Shown: positions 1-8,636 of the stretch, one piece after another
Layout of the letters: every line of letters begins with the position of its first letter
Position numbering within the stretch: position 1 is the stretch's first letter
Translations under genes and position numbers: made by a program
The notes under the pieces: generated by a model
Told to the model about the DNA's origin: nothing
The model's database searches: none
Seen by the model: only the letters and a program-made list of their open reading frames with translations
IMG/VR virus record: IMGVR_UViG_3300004240_000045
Span: 1-28,562 of that record
Source of the DNA: a virus
Lineage: Duplodnaviria > Caudoviricetes
Reading direction: 5' to 3' (one strand)
Length of the DNA: 28,562 nucleotides

Positions 1-354
1 GACAGGGGCGAAGGCCTTGTAGGAAATCGTGGCCAGGGAGCTACCAAAGTTGGTCGGTGCAGCGGTAGCTGCAACAGCGGTACCACCAACGGTGCTCGCA
101 ATAGTCATGATGCCGGTGGTGGCATCATAAGTCTTTACGAAGTAGTTGCCGGCGGGGATGGCACCAGTGACAGTCGCGCCAACTGGATACGCCAAAACAA
201 CGGGATCATCAACCCTGAAGCCCAGGAAATCACCAACGGTGATGTTGGCTCCAGTCGAAGGAAAGGCAGAGGCAGCGAGGCAGACTTCCGTATTCGCCGG
301 CTTATACCAGAAAGCGCCCGACGAGCCGGTCAGTACCGTGGATTCACAGGACAT
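1..354 (-). CDS. Major tail tube protein, 5' part (runs off the window edge)
   Basis: Not in ORF track. Manual translation from ATG at 354: MSCESTVLTGSSGAFWYKPANTEVCLAASAFPSTGANITVGDFLGFRVDDPVV..., open to base 1. Follows the tail terminator gene. The LTGxSGAxxYKPA start resembles cyanosiphovirus tail tube proteins. Confidence 0.7.
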   Translation of the reverse strand, partial: MSCESTVLTGSSGAFWYKPANTEVCLAASAFPSTGANITVGDFLGFRVDDPVVLAYPVGATVTGAIPAGNYFVKTYDATTGIMTIASTVGGTAVAATAAPTNFGSSLATISYKAFAPV

Positions 355-404
355 GGACCTTGAAGAAATGAACAGCAGTGCGGGCACTGCCCGATACACC
401 AATC

Positions 405-836
405 CTAGCCACAGGCTGTTGCGTCCCAAGAAGCCGCGAGCCTAGCCATGAAATGCGGCTGCGCTTCATCCATGTAAAAGCTGGGGCCAGAAACGTCTTT
501 TACGCGCACAAATGTTCCGCTGGCGGGCCTTTGAGTTGCGCCGAGATCAGTGAGAACTTGTGACGCAACTCCTGCAAGCTGTCTGGCCCTTCTGCCGCCT
601 CTGCCCTTTTCCGTGAAGATCCTGACAATGATCGCGCCGCGAGCGCGGTCAAGCGAATTGGCCAGAGTCGATTCACTTGTGAGGCCGAAAGTGATATTGA
701 CCATCACGTATTCACCCGGCGGATCGGGCGGCATGACAATCAGGTTGTCAAAGAAAACCTTGACAGGTGGAGTCAGCGCAATGAACGCATTGTTCAATGG
801 GGACTCAAGGGCTGCGCAGATTGCTTGGTAGTTCAT
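405..836 (-). CDS. Tail terminator-like protein
   Basis: 143 aa; pattern VFFDN..PP...YV.VNITFG...GAIIVRIFT.KG.G; sits directly before the tail tube gene. Confidence 0.7.
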   Translation of the reverse strand: MNYQAICAALESPLNNAFIALTPPVKVFFDNLIVMPPDPPGEYVMVNITFGLTSESTLANSLDRARGAIIVRIFTEKGRGGRRARQLAGVASQVLTDLGATQRPASGTFVRVKDVSGPSFYMDEAQPHFMARLAASWDATACG

Positions 837-842
837 GTATTG

Positions 843-1475
843 TTAGCGCCCCTGCTGGAATTCAAATGATTTTTTGACATCAGCGGACAGGCCGCCGCCC
901 CTAACGTAATTTTCGTACCAATCCTGTTCTGCAGTTGAAATACCAGATCCCTTTTCTCCTGGCGTGACATCCCAGCGGAAAGAGGGGCTGTCGCCGCGCC
1001 TTCCGTAAAGCACCCCGAACTCAATACCGCCAAGCGGGTCTTCCGGCGGTTTGCGCCACCTGCCGGGAACAAGATCCATTGCCTCCGCCGCATACTCAGA
1101 TGTGTTAAAAATGGAAAACACTCTGACCTTGTTAAGTGAGCTGGCCGTAATTTTTAGCTGCGGAATGTCGGCAGTTTGATAAGGATAGCTTGCCCCCTCG
1201 GTCGTTCCGGTTCCGGTCAGTGAAATCGCTTGCCACTCATTGATAAATTTGCCTGTATATCTAGGCCCCCTTTCCGCAAGTCCATTCATGACCGCGGCAG
1301 CAGCCCTCCTCGTCTTAAGATTGAGATCTTTGCGAATATTCTCGGGGACTTGAAGCCAGCTCTTGTAGCCAGCTTTCTTGAGTGCTGCAGCTCCCCTGGC
1401 AGTAGGATTCTTGCGCCCGAAGCCTCTACCAGAGCTGGAGCTTGCTCGTCTTGTGGGGCGTCTGCGTGGTGCCAT
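843..1475 (-). CDS. Neck/tail-completion protein (HK97 gp10-like) with basic N-terminal extension
   Basis: 210 aa; GP.YTGKF.NEW and IFNTSEYA motifs typical of gp10-like proteins; position in the connector block. Confidence 0.55.
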   Translation of the reverse strand: MAPRRRPTRRASSSSGRGFGRKNPTARGAAALKKAGYKSWLQVPENIRKDLNLKTRRAAAAVMNGLAERGPRYTGKFINEWQAISLTGTGTTEGASYPYQTADIPQLKITASSLNKVRVFSIFNTSEYAAEAMDLVPGRWRKPPEDPLGGIEFGVLYGRRGDSPSFRWDVTPGEKGSGISTAEQDWYENYVRGGGLSADVKKSFEFQQGR

Positions 1476-1476
1476 A

Positions 1477-1863
1477 TTAAGCGAGCCTCGCGATGACAGA
1501 ATGAAGAACAGGGGCTGAACCGCGATGGGTCAGCGGCTGGATGATCTTTGCAGTGCGCTGGATACCAGCCTGATCATACTTGATCCAATCGGCTGTCTTG
1601 GGATAGTAGTCACCAAGAGCATCACCAGAAATCAGAATCTTCAGATCCGTGACTTGGATCTCACCTTTCACCTCTTCAGGTTTGATGCGAAGCGGAATCA
1701 TCTTGATTGCCACTTCCGTTGCAGCCGTCTCCGGCGTAGCAAACGTGCCCATTGTCGGATCATACGCGGCATTCTCCACCTTTTTTACATACACGCCATC
1801 AATCCCCCACTGATCAATCAGCGGACCGGGGATCGAACCAAAAACGTCATCAACAAGTGACAT
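1477..1863 (-). CDS. Head-closure / head-tail joining protein
   Basis: 128 aa; AYDPTMG...IQVTDLKILI pattern; lies between the adaptor and neck genes. Confidence 0.6.
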   Translation of the reverse strand: MSLVDDVFGSIPGPLIDQWGIDGVYVKKVENAAYDPTMGTFATPETAATEVAIKMIPLRIKPEEVKGEIQVTDLKILISGDALGDYYPKTADWIKYDQAGIQRTAKIIQPLTHRGSAPVLHSVIARLA

Positions 1864-1865
1864 AA

Positions 1866-2522
1866 TCAGAAGCGGTTATTCCAAGAACCACCATACGGCC
1901 ACAGCTGGCCATTGATCATCCGAACACCGCTTGGCTTTTGACGAGTGACAAAGCCCCTGTAGCCAACGCGAGCCGTTGATTCACGACGCACTCTTGGCTG
2001 CACAAAGTCACCACGAATCATGTACTTCTGGAAGATGTCCATCGAATACGGTGGGATGAACAGCGCTCCGGTTTGCGCCATCCCACTCTTGTCAAACTTG
2101 ACCCTCAGATCACCGTCGCCAAGCTCAACCTCTTCGTACTCGCTGTTCTTCTGTCTTTTGACGCCACCATCGGCATCACGAATTCCCGTGTAGCCACCGC
2201 TGATACCAAGAAACGCTGCCATGTAGGCAACGCCCATCTTGAAGTCAAGCGGCAACTCGTCAATTTCAGAGTAGTAGTAGTCGGCGATCATCAACCTGGG
2301 CCATGCAAGGCTCTGATCGGGTCCAGCAGGCTTGCCCTTCCATTGCAAAGGGTTGATCGCCATTGTTGCAGCAACTAACGTCTGCTGCTTTTGCGGATCA
2401 GTCAGTGCAAGCCATTGCTGGATGCCATAGCTTGCAGGGATTTCACCAAGAAGAGCCGTGGCCTCGGCCACCGACAGGTAGGAATTGGCGTCAGGCGCCC
2501 CCAGTGTCGAGACAAAGGCCAC
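1866..2522 (-). CDS. Head-tail adaptor (DnaT-like phage family)
   Basis: N-terminal GAPDANSYLSVAEA and W.G......Q.LAWPR motifs; first large gene after the capsid gene. Confidence 0.7.
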   Translation of the reverse strand: MAFVSTLGAPDANSYLSVAEATALLGEIPASYGIQQWLALTDPQKQQTLVAATMAINPLQWKGKPAGPDQSLAWPRLMIADYYYSEIDELPLDFKMGVAYMAAFLGISGGYTGIRDADGGVKRQKNSEYEEVELGDGDLRVKFDKSGMAQTGALFIPPYSMDIFQKYMIRGDFVQPRVRRESTARVGYRGFVTRQKPSGVRMINGQLWPYGGSWNNRF

Positions 2523-2531
2523 AGGTCATCC

Positions 2532-2711
2532 TCAGGCGGCGGGAGCGGTGGTCGTGGCGACAGGCTTGGGCTTCGCCTTCGTCACGGTAGGGGCGGGCTT
2601 CTCGGCCGGCTCCGGGGCCTCTACGGCAGCTTCCTCGGCAGCCTCCTGGGCCTTGGCTTCCTTGGCGGCAATGGCGGCCTCACGCCGCATACGGAAAGTT
2701 CCAGCACTCAT
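2532..2711 (-). CDS. Small Ala/Glu/Lys/Pro-rich protein after the capsid gene
   Basis: Not in ORF track (59 aa). MSAGTFRMRREAAIAAKEAKAQEAAEEAAVEAPEPAEKPAPTVTKAKPKPVATTTAPAA; fills the gap between the MCP terminator and the adaptor. Confidence 0.65.
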   Translation of the reverse strand: MSAGTFRMRREAAIAAKEAKAQEAAEEAAVEAPEPAEKPAPTVTKAKPKPVATTTAPAA

Positions 2712-2724
2712 GGTTCTTGTGGAT

Positions 2725-2750
2725 AAAAGGAAGCCCCGGCGAACCGGGGC
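2725..2750 (-). terminator. Intrinsic terminator after the major capsid gene
   Basis: Minus strand GCCCCGG-TTCG-CCGGGGC followed by TTCCTTTT. Confidence 0.8.
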
Positions 2751-2771
2751 ATTTGCAGATCAACTCAGTGA

Positions 2772-3755
2772 TCAGACGAAGCAACGCATCCGGGTGATAC
2801 GGATGTTGCGGTCGTCATCAAACACCTTCGTCCAGTTGGCAGCGGTAGCCAGCTCGGTGTTGCTGGGAGCAGCTTTCGCCGAAGTACCTTTCCAGCTGAT
2901 GCCGTTCGGGTGCACAAGGTAGTGCGTACGGTTGATCAGATAGTCGATGCCCAGGAAGCGATCACGATCGGTTTCCACCGGGGTCTTGGCGGGAGCAGTC
3001 GCATAAGCGAAAGCGCCAGGGCCGAAGAAGTAGGTGTCGTGAACGTCAGTGCTACCAGTGCCGGCGCCAACAGCAACCGGCAGCTTGTCATCAACAAACA
3101 CCGGGCGGCCCAGGTAGGTGCCCTTCTCCAGCGATTCAGCCGACAGGCGGGTGTCAAGCTGAGAGGTGGAGGAAGACGGGACGATGAGGTCCATCTTCAT
3201 CAGGGCGTAGTAGACCGGCGAACGCATCATGATGCCGGTCAGCTCGTCACCAGCATCACCAAGCTTGGCGATACCGTCCACCATCAGGGACTGGGACAGC
3301 TGCGAGGAAGTGCCGCCGACAGCGTGGCTGGTAGCCAGGGGGCCGCCGGTAGCGAAGATGCCCTGCAGGATCGACACACAGGTCTTCTGCATGTCGCGGA
3401 TCCAGTAGCGACCGGTGCTGCGGGCGATGGCCTGCATCGGGTCGGAACCGGACAGATCGGCTGCAAGGTCACTGGACTTCCAGCTCTTGCGGCGCATGTT
3501 GCGCACACCGACTTGCAGGTCGCCTGCGATGTCGGTAGGGGTGGAGGCCTCGGTGTCGGAATCGATCTCGGAATCACCGGACAGATCGCCGAAGAAAGGA
3601 AGGTCGATCGTCTTGCCGCCCTTCTGGAACTCAGACTGGATGGCAGCGTTCGTGACCATCAGGCCGGAAGTGACCAGGGCGTTCTTGTCCTGGATCTCTT
3701 CCTGCTGATACTCAAGGAACAGCTCGGGAATAAGGGGGACACCTGCGAGAAGCAT
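2772..3755 (-). CDS. Major capsid protein
   Basis: 327 aa; IPELF..Y, GG.TI.LPFF.DLSGD, DLAA.LSGSDPM.AI, TYLGRPVFVDD, VETDRD and HP.GISW motifs of a common siphovirus coat family; strongly biased codons; followed by a terminator. Confidence 0.9.
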   Translation of the reverse strand: MLLAGVPLIPELFLEYQQEEIQDKNALVTSGLMVTNAAIQSEFQKGGKTIDLPFFGDLSGDSEIDSDTEASTPTDIAGDLQVGVRNMRRKSWKSSDLAADLSGSDPMQAIARSTGRYWIRDMQKTCVSILQGIFATGGPLATSHAVGGTSSQLSQSLMVDGIAKLGDAGDELTGIMMRSPVYYALMKMDLIVPSSSTSQLDTRLSAESLEKGTYLGRPVFVDDKLPVAVGAGTGSTDVHDTYFFGPGAFAYATAPAKTPVETDRDRFLGIDYLINRTHYLVHPNGISWKGTSAKAAPSNTELATAANWTKVFDDDRNIRITRMRCFV

Positions 3756-3794
3756 TGTCTTGAAGCGAGTTTGCGGGAATGTTGTTCAGCTTCA

Positions 3795-3860
3795 CAGCAC
3801 TGCTGCCAGACCTTGCGGTCGCTGCTGCGAGGCACTGCCTCTCTTGCCAAATAGTAGCCA
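3795..3860 (-). promoter_or_regulatory. Capsid gene promoter (-10 GGC-TACTAT at 3851-3859) and structured 5' leader with three small hairpins
   Basis: Minus strand GAGGC-AGT-GCCTC (3829-3841), GACC-GCAA-GGTC (3809-3820) and CAGC-AGT-GCTG (3795-3805), downstream of TGGCTACTAT. Confidence 0.5.
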
Positions 3861-3886
3861 AAGAAAAAGCCGGGGTTTCCCCCGGC
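3861..3886 (-). terminator. Intrinsic terminator
   Basis: Minus strand GCCGGGG-GAAA-CCCCGGC followed by TTTTTCTT. Confidence 0.8.
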
Positions 3887-3984
3887 CCGTTTACCTCATG
3901 ACATCAACCAACGTAAGTTCGTTTGGTTAGGGGCAGACGCTATGTTGTCAGATCAACAAGTTGACTCGTAGCCTGCGATACAAA

Positions 3985-4272
3985 TCAGTTCAGCGTGTAG
4001 CCCTTGCCGGTCAGCACGGCTTTTTCGCCAGAGTCAAGAGCGGCCCAACCTGCGCAACCACTGGCGGTGATGACTTTGGTGCCAGTGACGGCAGGAGCAG
4101 CTGCAAACAGAGCGTTGAGCTGGGCTTCAGTAAAAGCGTCGGGCAGGATGAAAGTAAAGTTCTTCAGGGCCTTGACGCCAACGACGATGGCCGAAACAAC
4201 TTCGTCAACCTCGGTGGCGGACTGGACGCCGCGCATGTTGACACTGGAACGATAAGCGCCGGAGACAGTCAT
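3985..4272 (-). CDS. Small putative virion protein (possible capsid decoration protein)
   Basis: 95 aa, Ala/Gly/Val/Thr-rich, codon bias similar to the MCP gene, immediately upstream of MCP, with its own candidate promoter and terminator. Function inferred from context. Confidence 0.6.
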   Translation of the reverse strand: MTVSGAYRSSVNMRGVQSATEVDEVVSAIVVGVKALKNFTFILPDAFTEAQLNALFAAAPAVTGTKVITASGCAGWAALDSGEKAVLTGKGYTLN

Positions 4273-4330
4273 GGTCGTTGAAAAGGTGTTCTGCAGCTAT
4301 CTTAGGTGGGCTGGGTGGCGGTGATCAGGC

Positions 4331-4525
4331 GTGGAGCGGCGCACCTGGGACACACCCATAAGGGAGCACTGGAACCCAGTCATCCATCAAATGCTTCGTG
4401 CCATAGACAGGCACAATACCTGTTACTTTGCAACAGGAGACGAGTGGCACATCCTGAAAGCGGCAGAGCTTCGGAGGTACGTGGTTGAACTGAAGGACTG
4501 GATTAAAAGTCAGGAGAGCAAGTAA
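4331..4525 (+). CDS. Conserved cyanophage-type hypothetical protein
   Basis: 64 aa; W.TP.RE.WN..IHQ.L.AID.H...YF.TGD.WH..KA..LR.Y..ELK.WI pattern recalled from cyanophage hypotheticals; candidate -10 GC-TATCTT at 4296-4303; convergent with the 4528 gene. Confidence 0.7.
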   Translation: MERRTWDTPIREHWNPVIHQMLRAIDRHNTCYFATGDEWHILKAAELRRYVVELKDWIKSQESK

Positions 4526-4527
4526 AG

Positions 4528-4821
4528 CTACCATTTTACTTTATGGCTCCAATATCGAGCCGAAAGTTTTGATGGGTTTGGATCCTGAGCATTGTGACGA
4601 GCGTAGTATTCTCTGCGTCTAGCTTTTTCAGCTTTTGTTTTTGGATTTTTTCCGGCACCTTTCACGCCTTGCTGTCCAAAGCGAAGAAGCTTGTATGTAT
4701 CACCCTCTTTTGCCATCACCACATGCGACTTGGTTTTGTGGCTTGGCGTTGCCTTGGGTTTGTTGACACCAGAAAGGCCAAGCTCCTTCATTTTGTTCTT
4801 GACTCGCCCTGGAACTGCCAT
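4528..4821 (-). CDS. Small basic phage protein (DUF6321/DUF5754-like)
   Basis: 97 aa, Lys/Arg-rich; K.LRFGQQG...ARR..YYARH......KLSARYWS.KVKW motif. Confidence 0.7.
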   Translation of the reverse strand: MAVPGRVKNKMKELGLSGVNKPKATPSHKTKSHVVMAKEGDTYKLLRFGQQGVKGAGKNPKTKAEKARRREYYARHNAQDPNPSKLSARYWSHKVKW

Positions 4822-4846
4822 TGCTCCTGTCCTTTTGGAAATAAGT

Positions 4847-5161
4847 TTAGCGACTAGGCTTGCGCTTTCTTGTTCCTTTGCCTGGAGTCAGTCTACCAGC
4901 TTTTCCGTGGCCGTTTCTCGCTCGATTTCTTGACGAGTCTTCCATCTTAAAGCCACCGCCGCTGGCATGGCTTACGTCTTTGCCGCCCTTGCCAGCAACG
5001 CCACGGGCCTCGCGCTCAGCCCACAGTTCAGCCCGATACTTGCGACGCTCCTTTGTAGAGTGATACTTCTTGTCGTAAGCGGCTTTCTTTTTGCGTGCCT
5101 CAGGGTTGGCCGCGTAGTAGGCAGCGGTACGGCGCTTGTTTTTAACAGGACGAGGTGCCAT
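4847..5161 (-). CDS. Small basic protein with degenerate HNH-like motif
   Basis: 104 aa, very Lys/Arg-rich; GKGGKDVSH.......E..S.NRARNG resembles a reduced beta-beta-alpha motif. Confidence 0.6.
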   Translation of the reverse strand: MAPRPVKNKRRTAAYYAANPEARKKKAAYDKKYHSTKERRKYRAELWAEREARGVAGKGGKDVSHASGGGFKMEDSSRNRARNGHGKAGRLTPGKGTRKRKPSR

Positions 5162-5184
5162 ACTTCTCCAGCGGCTTCTGAATA

Positions 5185-5448
5185 CTAGGAGCGCTTTTTT
5201 CTTTTGTGCTGATAACCAATACGTTTGGAGCTTGTCTTTTCACGCTTGAACTTATCCTTTTCCTTCTTGGATAGTTCGCCAGAAGTTTTAGGCGTTGCAG
5301 CTGATACACGTCTGGATGGCCTGCAAGCTGGATAGCTACGACGCTTTTCGCCTTCCTGTCTTCCACATGGCTTGCCAGTCTTTACGTCAATCCACTTTTC
5401 AGCGAACCAGCGGCCAAGTCCACCTCGCGGCTTTTTACTTTTTGCCAC
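5185..5448 (-). CDS. Small basic protein (DUF5872-like, C-terminal-type module)
   Basis: 87 aa; GGL.RWF.EKW.DVKTGKPCGR...YPACRPS.RVS..TPKT motif. Confidence 0.7.
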   Translation of the reverse strand: MAKSKKPRGGLGRWFAEKWIDVKTGKPCGRQEGEKRRSYPACRPSRRVSAATPKTSGELSKKEKDKFKREKTSSKRIGYQHKRKKRS

Positions 5449-5605
5449 GCTTCACCTCTTGTGTTCTGTAGCCGCCGCCACGCTTTTTGTATTCACGAAC
5501 GAGCCAGCCATTGGCGTAGGCACTTGGGTAGACCTTGAACCTACGCTTTGCTTCTGCCTTGACCCGAGCGTAAAGCGCCTTGTCAGTGGGAACGTTCTTT
5601 TTCAC
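5435..5605 (-). CDS. Small basic protein (DUF5872-like, N-terminal-type module)
   Basis: Not in ORF track (56 aa). GTG start overlaps the upstream TGA (GTGA): [56 protein letters not shown]. Confidence 0.75.
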   Translation of the reverse strand: MKKNVPTDKALYARVKAEAKRRFKVYPSAYANGWLVREYKKRGGGYRTQEVKRGKK

Positions 5606-5787
5606 TTCATCTTGCCGTACTTCTTGCCCTTGCCCTTGCCCTTGCTTTTGGACTTTGGTTTTTTCTTGCTCATACCAGCTTCGCTCATTGCAATCGCAAC
5701 AGCTTGCTTTTCGGGATAGCCCTCACGACGCAGCTTACTGATATTGGCCGAAACGGTCTTCTGCGATTTACCTTTCTTCAGCGGCAT
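5602..5787 (-). CDS. Small basic protein (DUF6496-like)
   Basis: Start moved to ATG 5787: [38 protein letters not shown]...KGKGKGKK; -10-like C-TACAGT at 5811-5817. Confidence 0.75.
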   Translation of the reverse strand: MPLKKGKSQKTVSANISKLRREGYPEKQAVAIAMSEAGMSKKKPKSKSKGKGKGKKYGKMK

Positions 5788-5821
5788 GGGTCCAGCTCGT
5801 ACCTGCCCGAACTGTAGACAC

Positions 5822-5848
5822 AAAAAAGCGCCCGCCGAAGCGGACGCC
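5822..5848 (-). terminator. Intrinsic terminator after the scaffold gene
   Basis: Minus strand GCGTCCGC-TTCG-GCGGGCGC followed by TTTTTT (C-UUCG-G tetraloop). Confidence 0.85.
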
Positions 5849-5885
5849 TAGTGCCCTATTCATCACCACAAAATGGTAGCAGGGA

Positions 5886-6734
5886 TCAGCTGACAGCGCG
5901 AGCAAGGATCGGATCGAGATCACCACGGGCGCGGGCCTGCTGCACAAGCCGCTTTGCAAGCGCCCGATCACGACCGATAATCTCAGCCGCTCGTGTTGCA
6001 TTTGCAGTGGACTTCGCGAACGGGTTATCAGTCGTCGGCATGGACGAACGATAAGAAGGCAGACCGCTCCCGCTTGGCACATTGCCAGGGAAGTAGATGC
6101 TATAGTCATCGTCCTGTTCGATCTGAGCAATGCCATCGGCGACATTGATCGGATTTTCTTCAGGACCGTAGACAACAGTGACGCCATCTTCAAGAAGGCG
6201 GAACTCACTGCCACGCAATGCAAAGACATGCGAGGACCGGTTGCACTTCGCCTTGTCCAGCTCTTGGATGACAACCGACTTCACGTACTCTTGTTGGCGA
6301 GCACGGCGTTCGGCTTCTTTCTCCTTCCGCTCCTGCTTCAGCTGTTCCTCCATCTTGGAAAGCTGGGTTTGTAGCGTCGAGAGCTGGACCTTCATCGCCT
6401 CCTCAATGGCGCTGGAGGGCGTTCCACCGCTGTCCGGCTGTCCTTGGGGCTGGGCCTGGGCCTGGGGCTGCTGCTGGGGCGCAGGAGGCTGGGCAGCGGG
6501 CGTCCGCTCACCCTTGGCGGCACTCAGCAGTTCGGCAATCCGATCGTCAGCATCATCACCAGACAGGTCGATACCAGCAGCCTTCGCCAGTCGCTCGATA
6601 TTCTTCCGCTTCACAAGATCAGCTTGTAGGCCGATCTTTGCGCGTTCAGCGGCAAGGCGCTGGCTCTCGCTTTCCTGCAGCTTCTGCTGAAGCTCCTCAA
6701 TCGTCAGTTCAGCTTGGGCGTTGGATTGATCCAT
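5886..6734 (-). CDS. Capsid scaffolding protein
   Basis: 282 aa; coiled-coil Glu/Gln/Lys-rich, Pro/Gln linker, C-terminal F....SGSG......NPF motif; lies between portal and MCP. Confidence 0.8.
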   Translation of the reverse strand: MDQSNAQAELTIEELQQKLQESESQRLAAERAKIGLQADLVKRKNIERLAKAAGIDLSGDDADDRIAELLSAAKGERTPAAQPPAPQQQPQAQAQPQGQPDSGGTPSSAIEEAMKVQLSTLQTQLSKMEEQLKQERKEKEAERRARQQEYVKSVVIQELDKAKCNRSSHVFALRGSEFRLLEDGVTVVYGPEENPINVADGIAQIEQDDDYSIYFPGNVPSGSGLPSYRSSMPTTDNPFAKSTANATRAAEIIGRDRALAKRLVQQARARGDLDPILARAVS

Positions 6735-6774
6735 AAAGGCGGGGGAGTCTTCTTGTGACTGAGCAAATTGTAGC

Positions 6775-8478
6775 TCAAGCTTCGCTTACTTCAGGGGATG
6801 CCTCGTTGGGCTCACGCTCGATCGCGGCAAAGGCCGATGGCTCGATCCCGCTCTGGATGTTGTTGGTCCCTGGCGTCAGGTCGCCGCTTGGCTGGCCGGG
6901 CCTGCCGAAACGTGCAACCAGCTCGGAACGCATCTCAGATCCGGTGAGCCCGATCTTGTCCAACAGGGACTTGACGTTGAAGCCATGGACACCTTCAAAC
7001 ATCTCGCCAGCTTCCAGCATTTCAAGCATGGTGCCAATGGGGATCACCTCAGCATCCTTGTAGAGCGAATTGATCGACATGACCTGCTGGCTATGAAGCT
7101 TGGCGGGGATGAAGTTCTTGCTGATGCTGATTTCAACTTTGGGATACGTGGTGGTTTCGTAGCCAGACGCATACCACAAGGCACGGTTAATGCAGTCTTG
7201 CAGCGAACCAACCAGTACGGCAAGCTGTGAATCAGACTGCGAACGATCAAGGAGCTTGGCAAAGCCGGATTCAACCTGACTCTTACCTGGTGCCATTGCA
7301 ATAGCGGCCAGCCTGTCCATTGAGGCTTCGATACGTGCAAGTTCTTTCAGGGTCGTTTCGGCGCCATCCATGCCAGGAGAGATCATCCCGAACTTTGCTT
7401 GCTCGTTCTGGCTGAACAGGCTACGACCGGATCCGCTGTAGATCTCCTCGTCTGGCCTGATGCCGGTTCCGGTCAGCAGCGGAGAGGAGTTAAGGTGGAT
7501 GGTTTCTGACAGGTCAGCGCAGGTTGCCCAGTGATGCAGGTTCAGCCGTGCAATATCAAAGAGCAGTGGCCTTGCGCGACAGAAAGCCTCCTCCTTGCCG
7601 CCGTAGCACGGCACGAAAGGAATATAGTCAATTGACAGGTAAGAAATATTGTCATCCGACAGGATGTATGAGTTGTTGCCGGCCGTCATGTTTTTTTCGT
7701 AGACCCTGACGCGAACACGACGGGGCTGACCAGGATCTTCCTGCTCTGGAATGTCGTAGACAACGACGGTCGGCACCACTTCTTCGTAGTGCTCATTAAC
7801 AGCGCTTGCACGTCTGATCTCAGACTTAATGCGAAGGTAGGTGACGCGAGCCTGGTAGTAGGTTTCTCCGTTGATTGTTACCGGGCCGTTGTCATGGCGG
7901 CAATCCAGCACGTCATCAACCTTAATGGTTGAAAAGTATGGACGGTATCCACGCTTGCGCACCTCAACCTTTGAAAGCTGCTCGTTGACCTTAGGATATT
8001 CGGCCATCAGACCTGCAACACCGCCATTCAAGGCTTCGGTGAATAGGGTTTTGGCAAAGGATGTGATAGACTTGCCTTCAAGATTGGCGTTCTTGAAGAA
8101 CTCTTCCCATTCTTCCGGCAGCTCCTGCGGCAGAATGACACCCTTTCTCAGGGCTGTACCAACAATAATGTCAACAAGGTGAGAATAGAACGGCTCAAAA
8201 CATGACATCGCCCGCGTCTTGCGGACGTTGTAGCTATCTGGGTGTTCCTGAAAGTCTTGCGGAATATAGTCGCTGATCGCTTCATCAAGATAGAACTCAG
8301 GCAGTATGCAGAACTTGATCGGAGCAATTCTGGCGATCTGCTCAGCCTGGTCAATCGAGTAGCTATCTACATCCGTGACTTCCGAATAAACCTTTTCAGT
8401 TTCAGGTTCTCGCCGTTCAAAAGGAATCGGCAGATCGTCCGAGCTAAGGATGATTGAATTCGGTACGTCAATGGCCAT
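6775..8478 (-). CDS. Portal protein (DUF4055-type)
   Basis: 567 aa; E....Y..R..RA, NANLEG.SI..F, RPYF, IPFV..Y and PLL.DIA.LNL.HW motifs; follows the terminase. Confidence 0.88.
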   Translation of the reverse strand: MAIDVPNSIILSSDDLPIPFERREPETEKVYSEVTDVDSYSIDQAEQIARIAPIKFCILPEFYLDEAISDYIPQDFQEHPDSYNVRKTRAMSCFEPFYSHLVDIIVGTALRKGVILPQELPEEWEEFFKNANLEGKSITSFAKTLFTEALNGGVAGLMAEYPKVNEQLSKVEVRKRGYRPYFSTIKVDDVLDCRHDNGPVTINGETYYQARVTYLRIKSEIRRASAVNEHYEEVVPTVVVYDIPEQEDPGQPRRVRVRVYEKNMTAGNNSYILSDDNISYLSIDYIPFVPCYGGKEEAFCRARPLLFDIARLNLHHWATCADLSETIHLNSSPLLTGTGIRPDEEIYSGSGRSLFSQNEQAKFGMISPGMDGAETTLKELARIEASMDRLAAIAMAPGKSQVESGFAKLLDRSQSDSQLAVLVGSLQDCINRALWYASGYETTTYPKVEISISKNFIPAKLHSQQVMSINSLYKDAEVIPIGTMLEMLEAGEMFEGVHGFNVKSLLDKIGLTGSEMRSELVARFGRPGQPSGDLTPGTNNIQSGIEPSAFAAIEREPNEASPEVSEA

Positions 8479-8511
8479 GGTTTGTGGCGGGAGCTGTCAC
8501 ATTCTAGTTTG

Positions 8512-8544
8512 AAAGCACGAAACCCCAGATTATGAGTCCGGGGC
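8512..8544 (-). terminator. Probable intrinsic terminator after the terminase gene
   Basis: Minus strand CCCCGGA-CTCATAA-TCTGGGG followed by TTTCGTGCTTT. Confidence 0.5.
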
Positions 8545-8636
8545 TCCCAACGAAGTTGCAATAGCCGCCGTCATTAGCCCCCGCCGAGACGCTGCTATTG
8601 GTGCGCTCAGAGCCTAGCAGCGATTGAAAATCAGGC

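Noticed and set aside
2910-3854. 314-aa plus-strand ORF opposite the capsid gene (likewise 15540-16937, 11678-12442, 6178-6690)
   Set aside because: Antisense shadows of GC-biased real genes, with no motifs or expression signals.
5623-5646. CTTGCC hexamer run (and the CTGGGC run at ~6450-6468)
   Set aside because: Low-complexity coding for KGKGKGK and QPQAQAQPQ linkers; in frame, with no evidence of a phase-variation role.
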